DNA of 56,059 nt. It comes from Macrostomum lignano. Its lineage: Eukaryota. Of the stretch, positions 48,601 to 56,059 are shown in pieces. A program made the translations under genes and the position numbers. The DNA lies in assembly GCA_002269645.1 (NCBI GenBank), contig NIVC01001490.1:1-56059 (forward strand), given 5' to 3'. How positions within the stretch are numbered: the first letter of the stretch is position 1; every line of letters starts with the position of its first letter. Below the pieces are notes generated by a model. The model was given only the letters and a program-made list of their open reading frames with translations, had not been told where the DNA came from and searched no databases.

Positions 48601-51600
48601 AGGGTAGCTCGTATACGCTGGGGTCCGGCCAAGGAACTTGGATACTGTTCGATGATGTCTGAGTTCCATCCGAACCGAAGAAGCTGAATGAGGACAGCAT
48701 GGTCCCAGTGTGTACGTTGCGCATGTAGACTGCCTCACCGTTGGCCCATTTGGTCAGATAAAAGGTGCATAATGTCGTCTCAGTCGAGTAGTCCGGATCG
48801 ATGATGTACACGGATTCCTGCAGTGCATCGCTGACGCCGAGATCAGAGCGACCTCCGCGGACGAACATGAGAAACAGAGGGCGGCTGATCGTCTCCAGAA
48901 GCAAAAAGCCGCACGCCACGTTGGGCCAAGTCGGCATGGAAGCGCAGACACTCAGGTTGTAGGTCTGGCCTCCTTGCAGGACTCCAGATCTCAGTCGGAA
49001 GAATTTCCCTGTGATCGCCTGTTGGTCCACATTGATGGCTTTGGTGCCACCGACGATCTTCCACTTGTACTGCAAAAGTAAAGTGTGGAGAATCACGTTG
49101 ATGGCAGTGTAGGTATTTTATTGTATAGCAGACAACAGGTGTACTTTATATTCGATAAAAAGACAATTTAGGGATATGCTCATCAAGATTTTGATGCAAA
49201 TTTTGCTTCTATTATCACATTTTGCTGCATGATTTATTCTATAAGCGTTCTCAGAGTACTGTTACTTACACTCAGAGTGTCGATAGCCTTGGTATAGCAA
49301 AATGAAGGTCGGACAATAAGCACAGCGCTGTACCACAGATCGGGCTTCACATACTTTTGCGGTCCGTAGATACTAATGCTGAATGGCGTTCGTTCAACGA
49401 GTCGTTTTACTACGATGCTCGCCGTATTTGACTGTGTTCCGCATTCGTTCTGGGCAGAAGCCGTGATGTTGTATGACTCGCCAGGCGGAATCTGAAGAAG
49501 AAAGCAAATATTTGAGACTGTGAGCTTTATGATTTTTTGAGTAAAATCTTCTGACTTAAGCGCTTGAGATCACTAACATCCTTTCCGGCGTAGAAAGTGA
49601 CTTCTGTGGAAAACTTCGACTGGAATGCAGCCAGCTCAGTTGCTTGACAGGTTGAGCCTGCAGCACACCGGATGTCCCAAGTGATCTGCTGCACCATCGA
49701 TCCACTGATGATGGCATACAGGGTGAACGAGTCACAGAGTCCGACGGTGGCCACCTGGTTGGCATCTGATTGGACTCCGGCCAAAAAGATGACAGGTGGC
49801 TTTCGATCGTTTGCATTCACAACAGCGGTGCTGAAACTGGAACTGGTGGCCAGGCTGATGTCGCTGCCACCCACATAAATGATATTCGAATTGATGCTGA
49901 TTCGCGAGCCAGAGCAGATTGTTGCGCCACGACCTTTCCACACGATGAGAGCGTTTGCCCTCGCGTAGCACTTTGGGCCTGAACCCATCAGCGCAAAAGT
50001 CGACGCATCAAAAATGGCCGAGCACGCCGTCTGTCGCAGCTGGATGTTTGTGTCAAACTCGAGATGCAGGTGGTAGCCAATGGCGTCATCAGTTGCTGAG
50101 AGCAGCACCGGACCCTTACTCGAGCGGATCGAGAACGGCAGAGAGTTGTGCCTGGTCGGCGATTGCAAGAGTTGTAACCGATGTGTCACTTGGTGTAAAT
50201 CATTGCATTCATACTTGCAGCAATAAAAACAAACCACTCACTTGAACACCGCATATGCATCGTAGCTGATTGTTTGCAGCTTGCAGTTCATGACGCTGAG
50301 CTTCCATTGTAGCGGCTGTCGGACTTCGGCCAGCGCAGAGATATTGCAGGTGACGCTTGTCGCGCTGTCGAATCTGGCCGGCACAGTGAGAAAGCCAGTG
50401 CGCGGGTCGCATCGGGTGTGGCGGCTAAGATCGTCGCAGTAGAGAAGGCAGACGAGATCGGGCGTGTTGACGAATCCCTGTCCGCTCACTGGCAGAGAGT
50501 AAACGGGATTTTCTAGCGTGAGTCCGGTCCCGACACTCATGCTGGACAAGTTGGGAGGTCCAAAAACAGTCAAGTTTCCACCGGAAACGTCCTCGATGAC
50601 TGTAGCACCGGAAGCGGTCAAGTATTTCACCTGTAGAGCGTACTCGCGAGCAACGAGACCCGAGGGCACAGAAAAGCGGAACAGACCAGAAGATACATCG
50701 ATGGATATTGCTTGAAGCTCCGTGTAGAGCGACTGTCAATGTGAGGGCGGAGAAATTAGTTTGTATTTTATCAACGTAAATTGCACACTTAGAAACTGAA
50801 GCTTTAAAATGTTGAGTAATTCTGGAGTTTTGGTCTATTTTGCTTATATTCACCTACATCTACAATCAGTGTTAGTAAACCTTTAGGCGCGTTGCCACTA
50901 AATTAGGCCATTATTCGTCACTATTAGGATAAACGTCTTGTACTTTTTTTTCGCCGCGTTTTACATCGTCGTGTAATTTACATTCGTGCAATTTGATAGC
51001 GGTGTACGTAAACGAGCCTTTAGTTATATTATTGCAACAATGGAATTTACGTCTTACCCGATCGGTCACTTTCAGCAGGCGCAGAAGATTTTTGATGATT
51101 GTGAGGTTGATGCTGCTGCTGCTGATTGTCACTTGCTGATAAGCAGCGTATGACCCCACGCAAGCGTTTCGGGTAATCGTGAAGTGGATCCGAGCACAGA
51201 TGTCTCTCTGCGGGTCGCTGGGCTGCAGACAACGACCGCATTTGTCAAGAGTCTTTCGGAGACGACCGATGGCTCAGCGACACCGTCACAGCCTGTGATG
51301 CAGGAAGTGTCGTTGCTGCAGCCGCAGGGTCCTACGCCGAAGTTGGCCGCTCTTCCGGTGCTTCCCTCGGTGCAGAAGCCGCACTTATTGATGCGCGCAG
51401 TGCTGTTCACTTTACCATCGCACCACACCGATCGAATGTACTCATCAGCAGTCGCAAATCGACTGGAATTGTAGCACAGGCCAGGCATTGGCGAGACAAA
51501 GGATCCGTTGCATCGACCAGCGCAGTCCTTTCCATAACGCATGGCTTTGCCAGTTCTTCCACCAACGCAGTTGCCACAGTCGTTCCAGATCGCTGTGCCA

Positions 51601-54600
51601 TTTGCATCACCGTTGCAGTCGATGCATGAGCGACCATTTCCACCACAGATATTACAGACATCAGTCTGGAGACCTGACCACGGCTGATTGTCGCAGCCAA
51701 CCGTCACTGGACGGACAACTGCCCATCCAGCAGCTGCACTTTTGTTGACCACGCTACTGACAACGAGTGGATTGATGTAGACTTGTTGTTGGGCGACCAG
51801 CTTCTCTGCGGCTGTAAAAGCAAGGATGGCGCGACTGTGGGACCAGGACGCCGGGGCCGTAGGCCGAAATCGGATCGTAGCGTTGGCCGGGAGGAACATC
51901 GCAGTGACAGGCCCCGTACCGTTGACGCCATCTGCTAGGAAGTCAGAGAGCTGCAGCATGGAGGAAGATGTAGATGAGATGCTTCCCAAACACTGGATGG
52001 TTGAAAAGGCATCCGAAGTTTTTGCCGAGTCCTTAAAACGCGAGAGCATGCGATATTGCTCAAACGCAGGCTTGTCAGCGGATACATTCAGAGTCTGCCA
52101 GGACATGGAGTTCGGCAGCTGGTACTCCAGAACACCACTTGCATCGTCGCCGAGGCCTTGTAGAACGAGAGCGCCCAACTCGAATGTATTATCGTCACAA
52201 AAGAACAGTGAAACCATGTCGCCGACCCGAATCTGAGTGACGTAGTTTTCTCCATGCCGTTGCAGCATGAAGCCTCGCTCTCGCTGTAATTTCTGACTCA
52301 CGTACTCGTTCTCCCTGTCCTTGAGAACACCAAAAGAGAAGAAATCTTTATTCACAACAGGAGGCTGCTCCTTGTGCAGCACGCTGATTGTGACTTTGAC
52401 TATCCCACCCATGGCTGTAAAAGGAAGGACGGATGGAACAAGGGAACCAGAGCTGGTGTAGCTGAAGCGAGGTGGCAGTCCACTCCAAGCCACGCACATC
52501 AGAACGAAGGTCTTGGTAGCGGCATTGCGATTTGGTTCGAATCGGATGTGGGCTTGGCTTGGACTCGGAACGAGAAAGCCTCTCATGTACTCGATGATAC
52601 CGCTTGTCGTGACTCCACTTCGGAACGTCAGGTTTCCGTAGATGTCAGGCCTGGAAGTTACACAAATTACGTTTACACTATATTTATGTATATACTGAAG
52701 TATAATACTGGAACCACAAACATTCACATGAGATATTTTTCATTCTCCTTTTATTCCATTATTTCAAGTATTAAATCGAAAAATCTATTTATGTTTCGGT
52801 TCTTTTTACATTTCTTACAAAGTTATGGCAGCGATGTGCCGTCTCTACGTTAGTAGCAGGAGTAACTTACCACACCGGCTCCACCATGTACTTGCAGAAC
52901 ACGCCACCGACAGTCGAGGACTCAACCCTTGAGCGCATGTTGCAGAGACTTCGCTCAGAGTGCAGATCAATTACGTTGTCAAGTCTTAGATCGCACACGC
53001 TGCTGCTCGGGAACCGGTTTGGACTCAACACCAGCACTGTGGAGAGAGACACATCCAGCACAGAGGTGTCCATGACGCTGAGGCTGGATTTAATCAGTGT
53101 CACATTGGGAGGTAGAGCTCTCGGATGTAGGAGCACAAAGCTTCTCATAACGCATTCCGATCCGTCCGGAAGTAGCAGCGAGTACGTGAGATTGATGAGT
53201 ACATTTTGAGCGCCGTGTAAGAGAAGCTGGAAGCAACTGTCGGGTCTGATCGGCTCTGGACTTCCGCTGACGTTGATTTTGCGACCATCCAGCTCCATCT
53301 CGACACCGGAATCTGGGCTGACAAAAAGCACTCTGATGCGTGCGGCAGACGCAGCGCCAAGAAGGTGACCTGTGCGACAGACACCGAGGTCCGGAGCATC
53401 CCTGTACAAGCCCTTGAAGCCAGAAACGAGCTGAGCAGCTGGCAACAGCCGATGAAAGCGAGGACACATTTGGCGGCAGTTGGCGAAGTCTAAGCAGGCA
53501 CCGAATGCGTGAGGACAGGCAGTCTAAGGGTGAACAGTTTGAATGAAACAACCTCGTCACCGCTAATTAGACATAGTACGTACGAAAAATGAGCATTTAT
53601 AGCTGCTACGAATTTTGAAATTTAGTTTATAGTAAGCATTCAGTCGAATACTGTCGCTCACCTCGTTGGCGCCCTCGCATATCGTGAAATTGTGAGGCAG
53701 AGATGCACAGAAGCTTGGCTCAGCTGTAGCATTCTCGCAAACACCGTTGGATGGGCAGAATCGCTGAAACGAGCAGCATTTTGCTATATTTTTTGTTAAC
53801 AAGAGAATCCTAAGAATCAAGAATGCAGCACTTGGCGGCTAGACTCGCATTTGGCAATTGAAGCAGACAACAAATCAAAAGGGTATAGCGCGTATATAGA
53901 GCTCGTTATACTTATTATCAATTTTTAAAAAGGCGAGGTTGACACAGGCTTTAGCGGGGGGTTATTAATGTGCATGAATTGCTATGTACTCGTACGTTAA
54001 CCAATCAGAATGGAAGGGGTGAGAAAAGGTGGCGTGAGGCGCGGAGGGGGGTGCAATAGACAAATCATGAGTGTGAGTAATTGTACAGATACAGACGTAC
54101 ATTGAAATAAAAAATTCTTTACTCTTCAAACCATTTTCTGCAACACCAATATTATTATATATTTTGCAGAGAATGCTAAAAATAGTCAGTTTGAGACTTA
54201 CCTTGCCTTCTGCGTTGCACCGTGCACCCTGCTCGACAAGAGACAACACACAAGCAGCCTTGCAAAGCAGTAGACCGCTGGGTGGGCAGGAAACCTGCGC
54301 AAAAAGATAGCAATTGGTTTCATGTAGTTGGAACAACGATAAAAAATCAGTCGCTTATACTCACTTTGAATCGGCAATCCCTAGGCTTATCTGTAGTCAG
54401 TTGATCGGTTGTAGTTTTTTGATCGATTGTAGTAAGAGGATCAGCTGTAGTACGTTTATCGGTTACTGCGGATGTCTGTGACTCAAGGGTAGACACGGAT
54501 GGCGGGACTGTTGAGTCCATACTCCACGTTGTGCTTGGACAGGATCCAACAGGGACGCACCTCTTGACGGCCTCACAGTAAGTCTCAGCCTAAAAAAAAG

Positions 54601-55772
54601 AATTTTAACGATTACAGAGCAACAGAGAACTCAAATGCACAAAAGAGTGACTGACGAAAACTTACAGAGCTGCAGTTCATCGACGCTTCGCACAAATCCC
54701 CAGAACGAATACAAGTCTTTAATGCCAAACAGGGAACATATCCAGGATAGCAGCTGAATGAATACTCAATTCGAAGAATCTCGTCTCCGAAGTAGTTTTC
54801 GTCAGTCGGAGGCGCGTCCTGCTCCGGCAGCAGTCCGTTCCACAGTCTGCATGTTAAATTGACACTGCCCGGCTGTCTGAGTTGCACATAAAAGTATGAG
54901 CTCTCAACCGATAGCAGTAGGTATCCTGAGCTGAACTTTCTGACAGAAGCGCCGCCATAGTAGGTGTAGGCGTAGAGCGAATATTCGGTGTAGAGCGACG
55001 ACGCCTCAATGTAGCAGTAGGCAGCCTTGCTCGGCGCCTCTCGACACAGCTGACGAACGTGGTCGTTGGGTGCGGAGTCGGGAAACTCGAACCGACCGAG
55101 ACTGTCGCACCAAGGCGCAGATGCTGTCGACTGGTTCAATACTGGGCCTAAAATATTCCTTGGGTAGACATTGTCATACATGTTTGTAGTGCTGTTCTTT
55201 TTCAGCACGACTGTCGGGAATCCAGCTGGTGGCGGTCGCGACTTCGGCGGAAGCAGGAATCCGTAGGTAGGCTGACACTCCGCGACTACTTGGCTGTCAT
55301 TGTTAAAGTAGCGAACCCTCAGCTTTACCCACGATAGACTCGCATTGGAGCCGGCGTAGTTGGACATTCCCAGTGCGTCTGCGCTCACGCAGCTGTTGTT
55401 ATCGAGAAGCCTGTTGAGTGTAATTTCCTGTCCGATGCGGCTGTTGTCGAGCTTGTTGGATCCGAGTCTCATCACGGAAGGACCCACTTGCTGCACAACG
55501 GTGAAACGAACATTCAGACCCGAAGGAATGAAGCAGGAGTTTGTAGGCGACACGGACGTGATAATGGTCTTGTTGTTGGGACACGACCTCTTCGCCACCA
55601 CTTCATCGCACTGTGTCTGTTCGATACACATATTGTAACCGGAATAGCATCGGATCAGAGGCTCAGTGCTGGTGCTGGTGGCATTGTCACACGGGCTGCT
55701 CATGTAACTGCAGGTGTCCCAGGGCATGTAAACAGTTCTGTTGTAGCAGATTCCTTGCTTTGGGCAGAAATT
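45618..55772 (-). CDS. Copy B: inverted paralogue of the REJ/GAIN(GPS)/SEA single-pass receptor; apparent 1-nt frameshift at ~51263; 5' end outside window
   Basis: Exons 55772-54666, 54589-54365, 54294-54202, 53763-53662, 53523-52871, 52650-51058 (1593 nt vs 1594 in A), 50732-50242, 50151-49578, 49491-49270, 49069-47809, 47720-47591, 47446-45792, 45667-45618; same domain order as copy A. Confidence 0.85.
45792..47446 (-). CDS. GAIN/GPS - short stalk - SEA - TM exon of copy B
   Basis: KRRRRR at 47280-47263; GPS ...CVCHDISSF at 46650-46534; FTSGSVLISF (46236-46228); TM IVAIAVGASLGGIGLIVAIVVIVLLM at 46026-45949. Confidence 0.85.
47809..49069 (-). CDS. REJ-module exon of copy B
   Basis: 1261 nt, as in A; translation differs from A at only a few residues (e.g. 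NMHTG vs NVHTG). Confidence 0.85.
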
Positions 55773-56059
55773 CTGAATATTGGAGAGGTGAAGGATGGAA
55801 ATATTTTATACAAAGATCAAATCTGAGGAAGAAGCACGACGGAATGTCATGAGTGTGTCATTTCGAAAGAAGTCGAAAGTCTACACGTTCTGTCAATGCT
55901 GTTCTGACTGTAAGTCTTCAATTGTTTTTTTGCATTTTGGTGTACATATTACAAGCTTTTATTACAAGGCTAGAGGAGAGAGTGAGTTCACATTACGCTA
56001 CGCTCGTACTCGTAATAGCTTGCGAGTTTAATACTGACGAAATCATTGACATATTTTAT

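Overview
Eukaryotic, intron-containing genomic DNA from an invertebrate animal. Short GT-AG introns and minisatellites are compatible with a flatworm such as Macrostomum, but the species cannot be proven from the sequence. No prokaryotic features or CRISPR array were found. (1) The window is bracketed by two convergent paralogues of a very large (~2,800 aa visible; N-terminus outside the window) single-pass receptor: copy A at 119-10180 (+) and copy B at 55772-45618 (-). Domain order is Cys-rich modules, ADAMTS-type Cys repeats, IPT/TIG-like, REJ, GAIN/GPS, Ser/Thr stalk, SEA, one TM helix and a short tail, i.e. a polycystin-1/REJ-type ectodomain without PLAT or multi-TM parts. The two copies are a mosaic of near-identical and diverged tracts. 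(2) Between them lie a secreted or membrane protein gene with a C-type-lectin-like N-terminus and ~13 sushi-like modules (12323-~19900, +), and a complete three-exon cation-dependent mannose-6-phosphate receptor homologue (30565-23444, -, 259 aa) lacking three of the four canonical M6P-binding residues. (3) The large M6PR intron is a 30-bp minisatellite split by a 4.5-kb non-autonomous Helitron that is itself full of G-rich satellites. (4) 33-44 kb is a transposon pile: an internally deleted Ngaro/PAT-type tyrosine-recombinase retroelement with a SAP domain, a TIR element carrying an LTR-like insert, a decayed MULE transposase split by a solo LTR, a CORE-type SINE and another solo LTR. A Penelope-type minimal hammerhead motif lies at ~11.1 kb. 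All gene models are manual splice reconstructions and need RNA confirmation.
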